Virus record (IMG/VR): IMGVR_UViG_3300024346_000008
Span: 99,935-163,934 of that record
DNA: 64,000 nt
Direction: 5' to 3' (one strand)
From: a virus
In this document: in pieces, positions 48,758 to 58,706 of the stretch
Position numbering within the stretch: position 1 is the stretch's first letter
Layout of the letters: each line of letters begins with the position of its first letter
The notes under the pieces: generated by a model
Databases searched by the model: none
What the model was told of the DNA's origin: nothing
Seen by the model: the letters and a program-made list of their open reading frames with translations, nothing else
Program-made: the position numbers and the translations under genes

Positions 48758-49153
48758 TTAGTAAGTTAAAACTTTATAGGATACGGCAACCATTTCATTT
48801 AATGAACTTTGTAATAATGTTTTTTTATTTTGTTCATTTAACTTATTCATTACGGTTACCAACATTTGGGCGGTAAAGACATCGACCAATTGCCCTTTTA
48901 CTTGCGCAGGAATCTTCGTGATTGCAATTTCTCGTAACGTTTCTTCCGTATATACGGGAGAATGCAAAATGGTATGCAATATTTCTTTGAGAGTATCGTG
49001 TGAGGTAGACGCGTATTTTTTTGCATCCGTAGACGATATACTCTTTGCAATCTTTTTAATTTGCGCACTTACTTTGCCAGCAGGAATTTTACCTGTTTGG
49101 TATGCGTGGACAATGCCAAATAATCGTTGTTGAGATTTGCTTTTTGATGGCAT
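48758..49153 (-). CDS. Hypothetical protein, DUF3008-like N-terminus
   Basis: MPSKSKSQQRLFG...AKS....AKKYAST.H motif. Confidence 0.6.
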   Translation of the reverse strand: MPSKSKSQQRLFGIVHAYQTGKIPAGKVSAQIKKIAKSISSTDAKKYASTSHDTLKEILHTILHSPVYTEETLREIAITKIPAQVKGQLVDVFTAQMLVTVMNKLNEQNKKTLLQSSLNEMVAVSYKVLTY

Positions 49154-49154
49154 G

Positions 49155-49739
49155 TTACTTTACTTCACTCAAAAAGTCGTGAATTAACTTATTGATATTA
49201 TCATATGGTGCAGCAACTTGTTGCATCACATTTTCGGTAATAAACGCACCCATTGTGGATGGATTACTGACGATATCAAAACAAATTAAGGCAAAGTCTT
49301 CTTGGACTTCTACCGTGTTTTCACTCATTTGTTTGACCGATCCCATACCACGGGAACTCACTCCGAGTTTTATATTATTTCGAATTAATTCCCGAACAAT
49401 GTTTCCTGTTGGAGTCGTGAGAATTTCAATGTTACCCCGTACATCATCACCTTCGGTCCAGAGTTCAACGATGTTACAACACACGTTCTTTAAATTCACT
49501 ACTGGACTTTCTGGGTGGTCTAGTTCACCCAGCGCTCGTCGTTGTGTCACAAAGTTTTGTTTATAGACACTTGCTTCACGCATTAAAATTTCTTTGGGAT
49601 AGACACGCCCATTTTGATTTTTTGCGTTAGCACGTTGTAATACGACATTACGAAGGATTAGTGGTTTATTACCATCTAACGCTTCCGTTAAAAGTTCTTT
49701 ATTATATTGAAGTTCTGTGTATTCACATAGTAATGCCAT
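49155..49739 (-). CDS. gp21: Prohead core protease (T4 gp21-like)
   Basis: N.NGRVYP, ALGELDHP, ILTTP.G, GVSSRG.GS and D.VSNPS..GA motifs. Confidence 0.95.
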   Translation of the reverse strand: MALLCEYTELQYNKELLTEALDGNKPLILRNVVLQRANAKNQNGRVYPKEILMREASVYKQNFVTQRRALGELDHPESPVVNLKNVCCNIVELWTEGDDVRGNIEILTTPTGNIVRELIRNNIKLGVSSRGMGSVKQMSENTVEVQEDFALICFDIVSNPSTMGAFITENVMQQVAAPYDNINKLIHDFLSEVK

Positions 49740-49740
49740 A

Positions 49741-50247
49741 TTAATTTCTCATGTCGCGCAAACGTGCCGCTAGTTCAGTAAGTTTACCTTCCAACTTGAC
49801 CATTTGTGTAGTCGTGCGTTTCCATAAATTATCATTAGATAATCCAGATTCTTTCTTTAAACGACTGTTCATTTTTAAGGCACGTTCAACCAACTTCAAT
49901 TGTCTATTTAATTCAGACATTGCTTGACCAATTTTTTGATGTGGTTGACGAGTTTGATCGTTACGGTAGGAATAATAATTCTCTTGTAATGTTTTTACGC
50001 CTTCTTGAATTGCTTCAAATTTTTCTTGAAGTTTATCGCCCGGCGTAACATCTTTTGCACCACGATTGGTCAAGGAATATCCAATAGATTTTGCCATTTT
50101 TTTAATATGATTTGCATTACTATGTTTGTCCCCGACAAATGCATTAGGTGTTAAATATCCCGCAACGTTTCCGGTTGTTGATATTTCATTTAAATTTTCA
50201 CGGATATGTTTACGAATAATTTCACGTAATCTCTCTTCAATATTCAT
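49741..50247 (-). CDS. Hypothetical head-associated protein
   Basis: LNEISTTGNVAGYLTPNAF motif after an LxE site; head module context. Confidence 0.65.
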   Translation of the reverse strand: MNIEERLREIIRKHIRENLNEISTTGNVAGYLTPNAFVGDKHSNANHIKKMAKSIGYSLTNRGAKDVTPGDKLQEKFEAIQEGVKTLQENYYSYRNDQTRQPHQKIGQAMSELNRQLKLVERALKMNSRLKKESGLSNDNLWKRTTTQMVKLEGKLTELAARLRDMRN

Positions 50248-50250
50248 GGT

Positions 50251-51129
50251 TTATCTCAGTGAATTAAGTTCGTGTGAAATCTGATATGCAATCAATAACG
50301 CCGTGATATAGTTATCTTTCACTTGATTCTTTTGCTGAATCTGTTGTAGTTGATGTACTACTTCATTGACTTTAATCTTCGTGACTTCATCAGTAATTTT
50401 ATTAGAATTCTTTTTAATATCACGAATTAAACTGATGGCTTCTGTGGACACATATGTACCAAACTTTTCTACGTTCGTTCCATTATTAATATATTCACGA
50501 AGTAAATTCTTTTGTTTATCACTGAAATTACTGTACTTTTCATTGAAACTTTCTAACAAGAATTTATAGGAAAGATACCGAATTTCTTCTGGTTGATCTT
50601 TTAACATTGCCGAATAATTTGATTCTTTGACAATTTGTTCTTCTTTCAGTTCACCCTTTAAATGTTCAACAATCACAAATCGTGCGGCAACCATTTCGTC
50701 AATTTGCATATATACCGATTCGTCAATATTTGACGCACTGGTTGTTTCAAATAATTTGTAAATGGATGCGTGAACTTTATAGGAAGGAACTCGACCAGAC
50801 ATAAATTGTTTCAAATCACAATTCTGCTTAATTTCTCGTATCAATAGAAATTTTTGTGCATTTAGTAATTTTTCATTTAATGATGCCCGTCGTTGTAATA
50901 CGACATCTAACATATTAAATGCTTTACCTTCTGAGAGTTTCGGTGCATTAAAGAAAGAACGATACAATTGTAATTCTTTTCCTAATTCCGATTTTGAGTG
51001 GAAATGTTCACGCATCATTTTGACTGCAAAACTATCTGGTTTGCCGTCGAGAACATCTGCGGCAACTTTTCTGACTAATAGTTCAAACAGAATGCCTGTG
51101 TTCTTAATTTTGTTGTGCCGTATATTCAT
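50251..51129 (-). CDS. Conserved hypothetical head-module protein
   Basis: IRHNKIKNTGILFELL...FNEKYS......K.LLREYI; lies between portal and protease. Confidence 0.7.
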   Translation of the reverse strand: MNIRHNKIKNTGILFELLVRKVAADVLDGKPDSFAVKMMREHFHSKSELGKELQLYRSFFNAPKLSEGKAFNMLDVVLQRRASLNEKLLNAQKFLLIREIKQNCDLKQFMSGRVPSYKVHASIYKLFETTSASNIDESVYMQIDEMVAARFVIVEHLKGELKEEQIVKESNYSAMLKDQPEEIRYLSYKFLLESFNEKYSNFSDKQKNLLREYINNGTNVEKFGTYVSTEAISLIRDIKKNSNKITDEVTKIKVNEVVHQLQQIQQKNQVKDNYITALLIAYQISHELNSLR

Positions 51130-51191
51130 ATGTTATCCGTATTGAGACGAGTAAACAACCACCATATATAAGTAAATATAATCAAAATATA

Positions 51192-53075
51192 TTAATCCTC
51201 TACTTTATCGTCAGATGACAACTGTTCTGCAATAATTTGTTTGTATTTACTAGTATTTTTCATTTGTAATTTATCTAAGAAATCTTTTGCTTCTAACGAT
51301 AAGGTAGACCGCTTGTACCGTTTGGTATTTTCTTTATGTCCTAATGGGTCACGGCCAAGCGGATGTGCATCAGTACCAAATTTTAATCCTTCTCTTGGAC
51401 GACCACCTCTATTTTTCATAAGTGCTTCTTCTAGTTCCTCATCAACTTCTTCGTCAACAGAACTGTCTTCTAGACTCTGTAAAATTTGATCTACATCGTC
51501 AATTTGAGCTTCTTGATCGTCTGCACTAACATCTCCTTCCGGCGGAACTTCCCCTTCTGGTGGTACTCCTCCTTCTGGTGGCATTCCACCCATTTGTGGG
51601 TCTTGAGGTTGTGCCATTGCTTGTTGTTCTTGCTGCCGTTTTACATCTTCGATAATCTTCTTTCGTTCTTCAACAATTTCATCATCTGATAATTCAAGAA
51701 TGTGATTGTAGACCCAATCTTGAGAAAGAAGAATAGTTTGTCCACCGGTCATTTGTTGCGCCAATCCAAACTTTTCTTTCCAGATATTAATTTTTTCTTG
51801 TTCGTATAATGTGGAAGGATTCGTTAACGAGAGTTCAAAGTTGACGAGTTTTTCATCCGTAAATCCTTGGACATATAAATGAATGATGGCAATCTTGGTA
51901 AGTTCCGATACCATGATGCGTTGAATACGTTCAATAGTTCGTGCAAATCGCACATCTTGTGCTGCCAATGTTGCCTTTCCATTAATATCTTCTTCATATC
52001 CAATAAAGGACTTAGGTACTTTAAATGCCGCAAGAAGTTTTTTACGGAGATATTCAATGTCTTCGATTGCATTGAATTGTAATCCTTGCATGGTTTCAAT
52101 TTCGGTTCCACTATCCTTACCACGCACTGGAAGATAGAAATCTTCGGTAATATTCATCATATTATATCGAAGATTATAATCGCCCGTTTTCGGGTCTACC
52201 AACGGCGTTTTCTTGGAACGGTCAATGATACGATTCATATATGTATCAACTTCGGCGGGAGGAATGTTGCCAATATCAATTTTGAACTTCCGTTTGTCGG
52301 GTGCTCTCATGATACGATGAATTAACATTGCGTCTTCCATGAGTTGCAATTGTTTCCAGACACGACGACCACCTTCAATCATGGCTTTTCCATACGGAAG
52401 AAAGTTTGTATCTGATAATAAACGAAAATGTGCAATTTCGTAGTTATCAAAATCTTTCTTACCTAATTGTAAGAAATCGGTATCAATGGAGAATCTTACG
52501 GAGAATGGATTGCCCGGTTGTTCACCTTCGACACGAATAGTTTCATAGACAGATAATGGAACGGCATTTACGATACCATATTCAGGATCAATGTCCAGAT
52601 ATAAAAATAAATCTCCGTATTTTGCCATGTTGCGCACCCACGGCCAGAGATTAAATTCTACATTGAGAATATCGTAAAATAAATTATGGAGAATTTCTTG
52701 AACTTGTGTATCATCGGTTTTAATCGTGAGAATGCGGTCAAACTCATCCTTGACTGTACTTTCATCCGCATAAATATCTAATACTGACGCAATGATGGGG
52801 TCATTGTCCATCATGTCATAATCACGGAACAACTGTAATCGTGCTCCTTGGAATGAAGCTGCCGCTTCATACCGACCATGTGCTGACCCATATCCACCTG
52901 TGGCAGAATTATATACACGATGGTACCGATCAACACCTCGTCTGTTAACAAACGATTGAATTTGATCCGTATCTGCAATACGAAGTTTTTTTCCACCCAC
53001 ATTTCGTACAATTGTGTTCGTGGAAAAAAGTTTCTTTAGTCTACCAAAAATTCCATTGTTACTAGTATCTGCCAT
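51192..53075 (-). CDS. gp20: Portal protein (T4 gp20-like)
   Basis: QL.LMEDA.LI.RI.RAP..R.F.ID.GN, EDF.LPVRG..SGTEI.T..G and L.A.KVP motifs; acidic C-terminal tail. Confidence 0.96.
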   Translation of the reverse strand: MADTSNNGIFGRLKKLFSTNTIVRNVGGKKLRIADTDQIQSFVNRRGVDRYHRVYNSATGGYGSAHGRYEAAASFQGARLQLFRDYDMMDNDPIIASVLDIYADESTVKDEFDRILTIKTDDTQVQEILHNLFYDILNVEFNLWPWVRNMAKYGDLFLYLDIDPEYGIVNAVPLSVYETIRVEGEQPGNPFSVRFSIDTDFLQLGKKDFDNYEIAHFRLLSDTNFLPYGKAMIEGGRRVWKQLQLMEDAMLIHRIMRAPDKRKFKIDIGNIPPAEVDTYMNRIIDRSKKTPLVDPKTGDYNLRYNMMNITEDFYLPVRGKDSGTEIETMQGLQFNAIEDIEYLRKKLLAAFKVPKSFIGYEEDINGKATLAAQDVRFARTIERIQRIMVSELTKIAIIHLYVQGFTDEKLVNFELSLTNPSTLYEQEKINIWKEKFGLAQQMTGGQTILLSQDWVYNHILELSDDEIVEERKKIIEDVKRQQEQQAMAQPQDPQMGGMPPEGGVPPEGEVPPEGDVSADDQEAQIDDVDQILQSLEDSSVDEEVDEELEEALMKNRGGRPREGLKFGTDAHPLGRDPLGHKENTKRYKRSTLSLEAKDFLDKLQMKNTSKYKQIIAEQLSSDDKVED

Positions 53076-53085
53076 ATCTCCTCAC

Positions 53086-53421
53086 TTAATAGTTACAGGC
53101 TTCGTCTAATGCTTTTAATAATGGTCCGAAATCTACATCCTTTTTACTTTTTGCAATTTCTACCACTTCATTTCGTAATTCATTCAATTTTACATATGTG
53201 GCGGCAATTAATAACTGCCATTCATTTATATTAAACTTTGTATATGGTAATGAGTTTAAATTAGTTGCCATCATACTTACTTCAGCAAAGCATTCAACCA
53301 ATGATTTTGATTGTGTTGCTGATAATTGTCCTACTACTTTTTCTATGAGAGCAGTAAGTCGCATTAAATTGATACGATTTTCTACATTTTCACGAAGTAT
53401 TGATTTTAATGAAAGTGCCAT
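53086..53421 (-). CDS. Hypothetical protein with MALSLKSILRE leader
   Basis: ORF track; head-module context. Confidence 0.65.
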   Translation of the reverse strand: MALSLKSILRENVENRINLMRLTALIEKVVGQLSATQSKSLVECFAEVSMMATNLNSLPYTKFNINEWQLLIAATYVKLNELRNEVVEIAKSKKDVDFGPLLKALDEACNY

Positions 53422-53422
53422 C

Positions 53423-53842
53423 TTACTTCTCCTTGTTAAGTTGCTTCCGAGTTTTTTTCACATCGTTTGGTTTTGGTGCGCCATTAATATATCCACCAGG
53501 AAGAGATAATCCAATTCCTCCCGTTGGTGCACCACCTGCGGGAGCACCATCTTCTTTTACTGTTGATTGTTCCACATATTTCTTTAGTAAACTATAATAC
53601 TTTGGATTTTCTCGTAGATGTGCCGCGGCAATCATTGCAGTTTTTACTAAACTTCCATCTGTTACATCTTGGTGTTCTAATTCCACATTCATGCCGGTAT
53701 AAAATTCAGCAGGATCAAAATTATATCCCATGTTTTTATATACTCGCATTGCGTCTTCCTTACCTATATAAGTATCACCACTCATGTAGGGAGTTTCTTT
53801 TTTTGGGGTTTCTTCCTTCAGTAAATCACGGAGTCGTATCAT
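53423..53842 (-). CDS. DUF5661-like protein (start revised to 53842, MIRLRDLLKE)
   Basis: GMNVELEH...AMIAAAHL.E.PKYY..L motif; the revised start removes the overlap with the upstream gene. Confidence 0.7.
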   Translation of the reverse strand: MIRLRDLLKEETPKKETPYMSGDTYIGKEDAMRVYKNMGYNFDPAEFYTGMNVELEHQDVTDGSLVKTAMIAAAHLRENPKYYSLLKKYVEQSTVKEDGAPAGGAPTGGIGLSLPGGYINGAPKPNDVKKTRKQLNKEK

Positions 53843-53846
53843 AATT

Positions 53847-54413
53847 TTACCATTTACGGCAGCTCCAGTAGCGTGCACTGGTTCTATCTTTTGCGGTAGC
53901 ACATTTATGTCGTGCCCGAAAACTTTTACGACGAGCAGGATTACTCTTTTTAATTCTCATGTTCGGATCACCAAAATTAACTTTCTTGACATTTCCAGTA
54001 CTTGGGTCTTTCACAAACACTTTGAATTTTTTCACATCGCCCCGCATAGGTTTGCCAATTGATACTTTACGACCATGATATTCTGCTTCCTCAAGAACAT
54101 TTTCGTGTGCTAACATGTATTCTGCAAGACACGCAGAACAATATTCGTCTATTGTATCCATTTCTTCGGCTTCTTTGATAGGAACACAATTAGGAACTTG
54201 TTTCCCATTCTTATCTTTCATACCATATTGTGTGTATCCATCCCAACACGGTGCTTTTTCATTTAGTCCAACAGAATCGTCGGTAAATCTTCCCGTCAAT
54301 GTTTTATGTGGATCTGCTTTTGGATTAGATACGGCATCATATTTATCAAAGTCAGGTTGTGGTGCACTGAAATTATCATTGCCGTATTCATTGAAAAAAT
54401 CTGTATATTTCAT
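53847..54413 (-). CDS. Modular head-associated protein (CWxGY..VPNCVP motif plus DUF6321-like domain)
   Basis: CWDGY...K...VPNCVP; KKVNFGDPNM.IK..NP.RRKSFRARHKC...ARYWSC..W. Confidence 0.7.
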   Translation of the reverse strand: MKYTDFFNEYGNDNFSAPQPDFDKYDAVSNPKADPHKTLTGRFTDDSVGLNEKAPCWDGYTQYGMKDKNGKQVPNCVPIKEAEEMDTIDEYCSACLAEYMLAHENVLEEAEYHGRKVSIGKPMRGDVKKFKVFVKDPSTGNVKKVNFGDPNMRIKKSNPARRKSFRARHKCATAKDRTSARYWSCRKW

Positions 54414-54417
54414 ATGC

Positions 54418-54780
54418 TTATTTCAAAAATTTGAGTTTGTAAATCGTTGAACTAATTAATCCAGAAATTTCATCGACGGTATTATTGAGTTCACCATCTT
54501 GTGGAAGTGTTTGCCGAATTGTATCCACAAATTTTTGCAATCCCATAAAATATTTTACGACTGAATCGTCTTCAAATATCTGCGTTGGCGTGGTATATCC
54601 TTTAATAATACCATATCGTCCTTGTGCCATTTCTGCATAGGAGTCAATTAATTCTATAATATCATCATAATATTCATTTAATGCTTTGTGTGCCGCAAAC
54701 GATGGAGTTTGTAGATGAAAAATATGTGCTTGTGTTCTACTACCCATCAAGGTTGATAAAAACTTAGCAATTTCTTCCAT
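54418..54780 (-). CDS. Ferritin/Dps-like four-helix protein (DUF5856-like)
   Basis: AHIFHLQT.SFAAHKAL..YYD....D...E..QG.YG...N..DEI......YKL.FL. Confidence 0.75.
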   Translation of the reverse strand: MEEIAKFLSTLMGSRTQAHIFHLQTPSFAAHKALNEYYDDIIELIDSYAEMAQGRYGIIKGYTTPTQIFEDDSVVKYFMGLQKFVDTIRQTLPQDGELNNTVDEISGLISSTIYKLKFLK

Positions 54781-55488
54781 TTATTTTCTCATAACAATAC
54801 TTTTATATTTACTGACCCGTTTAACACCTTCACTTAAGGTGTCGTCGGTTGGCATGGAAGGATCTGCGGGGGCACCTTCACCGTTTCCTATGGTATTTGC
54901 ACTATTCTTTTGATATTGTAAATGACTGTGTACAGAATTCATATAATCTGATGCTTTGGATATTTTATCTTGTACCCACGCTTCCAAATCTTCTCCGTCA
55001 CCAATCATATTATATACTTCTGACGATTGCGTACTTAATTTCATTAATTGTGCCTTCGACATTCCACTTTCATCTCCACTGTCTGGACTATCTGCTGGAG
55101 GAGTGTCACTATCAACAACATTGTCCGGAGCTTCATCAATTCGACCAACAATATTACGCAATGAAGTGTTTGTTTCTGCCACCGAAGCTTTCTTAGTGTT
55201 TAAACTTGCCTTTTGTTTATCTAAATAGATTTGCTTTCGTGTCAATGCATCTGCTTTTGCTGCTGCTCTAGTTTCCGGTGGAGTATCGGTGCCAGATAAA
55301 CTCTTTAATTTTTTATTTGCCGCCGACCAATCATCCTTGGCTGCCAATTTTGCTGCATCTTCCGGCGTTGGAGAGTTATCAACTTCTTCTAAATTTACTT
55401 CGTCTAATTCCATTTCTTCTTGTTCAACTGTCTCTCTTTTTAAAGAGCCGACTGGTCGCAATTCTACTAATCCCATTAAACGTATCAT
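54781..55488 (-). CDS. Acidic head-associated protein (start revised to 55488, MIRLMGLVE)
   Basis: E.GMSKAQL...DLEAWVQDKISKASDYMNSV motif; several LxE sites. Confidence 0.65.
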   Translation of the reverse strand: MIRLMGLVELRPVGSLKRETVEQEEMELDEVNLEEVDNSPTPEDAAKLAAKDDWSAANKKLKSLSGTDTPPETRAAAKADALTRKQIYLDKQKASLNTKKASVAETNTSLRNIVGRIDEAPDNVVDSDTPPADSPDSGDESGMSKAQLMKLSTQSSEVYNMIGDGEDLEAWVQDKISKASDYMNSVHSHLQYQKNSANTIGNGEGAPADPSMPTDDTLSEGVKRVSKYKSIVMRK

Positions 55489-55490
55489 AG

Positions 55491-55772
55491 TTATTCTCCG
55501 CCCTTTAAGGCTATACTGGAAGCTGATGCCCATAGGTATGATTCCCAATCTGCACCGTGTTTTTTCTTAAATTTTGCCACAACTTTTTTATTTTTTTTCA
55601 TTTTGTTGCCGATAGATTTTCGATCTTCTATTTGTGAATCGGTCATTTGTCGGCGAGGAGGAGATTTTCTATTATATGGTTCTGGTACGGACTTTTCATC
55701 CAACGATGCCATTTCTGCAAAGTATTTATGCAACTCTTCTTCAATTATTTCTTCCAATTGACTACGTTTCAT
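55491..55772 (-). CDS. Small basic hypothetical protein (MKRSQLEEIIEEE leader)
   Basis: ORF track; GGAG SD and an upstream promoter-like motif. Confidence 0.65.
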   Translation of the reverse strand: MKRSQLEEIIEEELHKYFAEMASLDEKSVPEPYNRKSPPRRQMTDSQIEDRKSIGNKMKKNKKVVAKFKKKHGADWESYLWASASSIALKGGE

Positions 55773-55804
55773 AGAAAATCTCCGTAAAATACATACTATC
55801 TCAA

Positions 55805-55813
55805 TATAAATAT
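55805..55813 (-). promoter_or_regulatory. Putative late promoter motif ATATTTATA
   Basis: About 33 nt upstream of ATG 55772. Confidence 0.6.
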
Positions 55814-55838
55814 AAACAAACTTTACATTACATGAATA

Positions 55839-57422
55839 TTATCCAATCAACCATCGAATATCTTCAGTTTCCGAGTTCCCAATTTGTATTTGATAAGGGT
55901 CAACTGGCATATCATTGGGTAGATTACCTCGTTTCATAAATGGAGTGCTGGAATAATCAGTGTGCGTGAGTGCCAATTTGGTTAATTCAATGCCCTGTTG
56001 ACGTAACCGCAGTGCGGTATCACGAACCCACAATCCAATACCCAACGCCATTACTAAGTCGTCATTATATCCACTTAATGCTTCTGCACGGCCGTTTTTC
56101 CAAATAAACGTTTCTAATTCTGCTAATGTTCTGGAAGATCGAATCGTAATTGACGTTTCCCGCATATATTCTTCTAGTTTGGCAATGATTAGTGGTCTGG
56201 TTCGTTGTGAAATGACGAATCCTGCCACCAAATTGCGTTCACTCTTATAGGATTGCTGATGTTCTACGTCAATATACTGCATATCCTTAGACATATAAAA
56301 TAAATTTCTATATCCACGGTCAATTACTTGCTGCACCGAACTCCATCCAATCGAACTGTTGTCTGGAATCAATAATGCGTCATTATATTCTGTTGCCAGC
56401 GATACCATAAGGTTACCAAACTCCTTGGTGGGAATTTTACCCTTATATTCGGCTACTTGAATAGAACGTTCTGCGTCAATGATATGAATGGTGGAATAGT
56501 CCTCACCATCACCTCTTGCAACGTCTGCAGCAGCAATATAGGTTCTACCCGCATCAGGATATTCCCATATCCACAGATTTCCGTCAAACCCTTGCTTAGA
56601 AATGGGTTCTGTCACATAGGTTTTCTTATAAAATTCTAATATTTGTGGGTTGACAACCGTATTACCCGAGAAAATAAAGGATGCATCGTGTTCTTGGGAC
56701 GATTGCATCTCACCCATCATTTCAGTTTGACGGTCACGCCACGCTTGGTCACGTTCTGGATGGACTTTCCAATCTAACAGAATGGGATTGAAACTATTTG
56801 ACTTAGTTTCTGCTTGTTGCCACATTTTATGGAAGAAATTACCCACGCCGTTCGGCGTTGATAGCAATATGGCTTTACCACCCGTAGATAGAGTAGACGA
56901 TGCGGCGGTCCAGATGATATCTGCATCATCGATGAACGCGGCTTCGTCCAGAATCAATAAAGACAGTGCTTCAGAACGACCCGCATCCTTACTACTTGCT
57001 ACAGCCTTAATTTGTGACCCGTTGGCAAATTGTAATGATAATTTGTTATCGGTTGTGCAGGTACCCCGTAACCACACGGGCAAATTTGCGTGCATAAATC
57101 GCACTTTGGTGACAAGATTTTTTGCCGTTTCTTGCTTGGTGGCAATAACAAGGATGTTTTTGTCACGATGGAACAATAATAACCACAGTGCATATCCGGC
57201 CACCAATGTAGAAATACCAATCTGTCTACCTTTTAAGACAATATTATTATCGTGCTCGTCGAAATCACGAATGGCATCTTTCTGATACTTGTATAACTCA
57301 AATAATACCTTTCCCCGAATGGGATGTTGGATATATGAGTATTTACTGAGAAAGTATTCTGGACTTACCGCACATTTTTTGTATTCTTGTTTGATAAGGT
57401 CTTTTAAATTTGGTTGCGTCAT
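55839..57422 (-). CDS. terL: Terminase large subunit (T4 gp17-like)
   Basis: LKGRQIGIST, LLILDEAAF, LSTPNG.GN.F, AADVARG.G.DYS and DDLVMA motifs; no intein seen. Confidence 0.96.
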   Translation of the reverse strand: MTQPNLKDLIKQEYKKCAVSPEYFLSKYSYIQHPIRGKVLFELYKYQKDAIRDFDEHDNNIVLKGRQIGISTLVAGYALWLLLFHRDKNILVIATKQETAKNLVTKVRFMHANLPVWLRGTCTTDNKLSLQFANGSQIKAVASSKDAGRSEALSLLILDEAAFIDDADIIWTAASSTLSTGGKAILLSTPNGVGNFFHKMWQQAETKSNSFNPILLDWKVHPERDQAWRDRQTEMMGEMQSSQEHDASFIFSGNTVVNPQILEFYKKTYVTEPISKQGFDGNLWIWEYPDAGRTYIAAADVARGDGEDYSTIHIIDAERSIQVAEYKGKIPTKEFGNLMVSLATEYNDALLIPDNSSIGWSSVQQVIDRGYRNLFYMSKDMQYIDVEHQQSYKSERNLVAGFVISQRTRPLIIAKLEEYMRETSITIRSSRTLAELETFIWKNGRAEALSGYNDDLVMALGIGLWVRDTALRLRQQGIELTKLALTHTDYSSTPFMKRGNLPNDMPVDPYQIQIGNSETEDIRWLIG

Positions 57423-57428
57423 AACTGG

Positions 57429-58118
57429 TTACCGTTTAAGTTCTGCTCCAGCAACTACGCCCAATACAAACGCAGTGACTCCGACCACCGTTCTACTTGG
57501 CTTTGGGATAAATCCAAACATTTTATTTGGATTTGGTGCGGGATTTGGCAGAGTACGTAATAAATGTTGTAAACTATCCGCTCGAGTGGAAGAAAGCGTC
57601 ACGGCACGTTGTAATAATAGTGATTGCGCATCTTTTTGAGCAATTATCGATGATTGGTCTACAATAGTTGAATCTGCTACTACTACTTGTTTCTTAAGAT
57701 TGCCAATAATACTATCCTTGTATACTACTACCAACGATGTGTCCATAATTAAATTATTGAGGAGACTTGCTTGGTTTTCTAATTCAGTTAGATTGGTCTG
57801 TAACGCATTTTTCTGCGTAGTCCGAAATCCAATACTAATTGTAAGTTTTTTCACAATTTCATTTTTCTGTGCGTTTTCATCTTGGAGTTTTTGCACTTCG
57901 TTCTTTAATGAATCAGCAAATGTTACCGTTTTTTGTGCATTATTTTTAAATTCTGCGTATTCCACATTAAATTTTTCTAATTTACTGTTGCCGTCAGACT
58001 TACCCAACATAAACGAGATAATAAATATAGCGCCACCAACAATGGCAAGTCTACCCACAGAAGTTAACGCAGTAAATTCTTTACCAAAATTAAGTAATGA
58101 CGCCAATATTTTATCCAT
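57429..58118 (-). CDS. Membrane-anchored coiled-coil protein (possible spanin-like lysis protein)
   Basis: N-terminal TM (LAIVGGAIFIISFMLG), long coiled coil and a hydrophobic C-terminus. Confidence 0.5.
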   Translation of the reverse strand: MDKILASLLNFGKEFTALTSVGRLAIVGGAIFIISFMLGKSDGNSKLEKFNVEYAEFKNNAQKTVTFADSLKNEVQKLQDENAQKNEIVKKLTISIGFRTTQKNALQTNLTELENQASLLNNLIMDTSLVVVYKDSIIGNLKKQVVVADSTIVDQSSIIAQKDAQSLLLQRAVTLSSTRADSLQHLLRTLPNPAPNPNKMFGFIPKPSRTVVGVTAFVLGVVAGAELKR

Positions 58119-58119
58119 A

Positions 58120-58692
58120 TTACTCTCCTGTTTCTACTTCCGTCAGAAATCCATTTAATTCTTCGATATCTTTCATAATATCCGCCTTTACTTTATCAAT
58201 ATCTACATGCCACTTTTCAATCATTAATATACGAGTGTCATCGGCATGGATAACTTCTGGTGCTGTTACGGTGTCATATAAATTTTGTAATTCGGCAATT
58301 CTATCTTTAAGTGACGCAATATAATTTTCTTTCATTTTGCGTTCTTCATATTCCTCCCATGTGCCCAATCGACGCATTTCAGTTTCTTCCTTGATAACAC
58401 AGTCCATGCACTTGCCACGAAGTCCCCAAAATTTAATGTCAAACCGATGCCCCATTGCCTTGTCACATTGTGGACAAAACCACGGCGTTTTTGCTCCATC
58501 CAGTTTCGTAACGGTTTGTTTAATACCATTTTTCATGACCCACTTTTTATCGTTTAAGTCGGTCCACGTATCACCTTCTTGTCGAATGGGTTCCAAGCCC
58601 GGACGCCATCCTACGACAATTTGTTCGCTATTCTTTTTTAATACTTCATTAATTTTTCTACGAGCATTATTAATTGCTTCATGTTCTGCCAT
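58120..58692 (-). CDS. Hypothetical Zn-ribbon protein
   Basis: CPQC...CMDC; EGDTW...KKW..KNGIKQ; GAGG SD. Confidence 0.65.
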   Translation of the reverse strand: MAEHEAINNARRKINEVLKKNSEQIVVGWRPGLEPIRQEGDTWTDLNDKKWVMKNGIKQTVTKLDGAKTPWFCPQCDKAMGHRFDIKFWGLRGKCMDCVIKEETEMRRLGTWEEYEERKMKENYIASLKDRIAELQNLYDTVTAPEVIHADDTRILMIEKWHVDIDKVKADIMKDIEELNGFLTEVETGE

Positions 58693-58706
58693 AACCGCCT
58701 CTTGAG

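Noticed and set aside
55839-57422. Intein or intron in terminase, portal or helicase
   Set aside because: Lengths are ordinary and motifs are contiguous; no intein-like splice junctions or homing endonuclease were seen.
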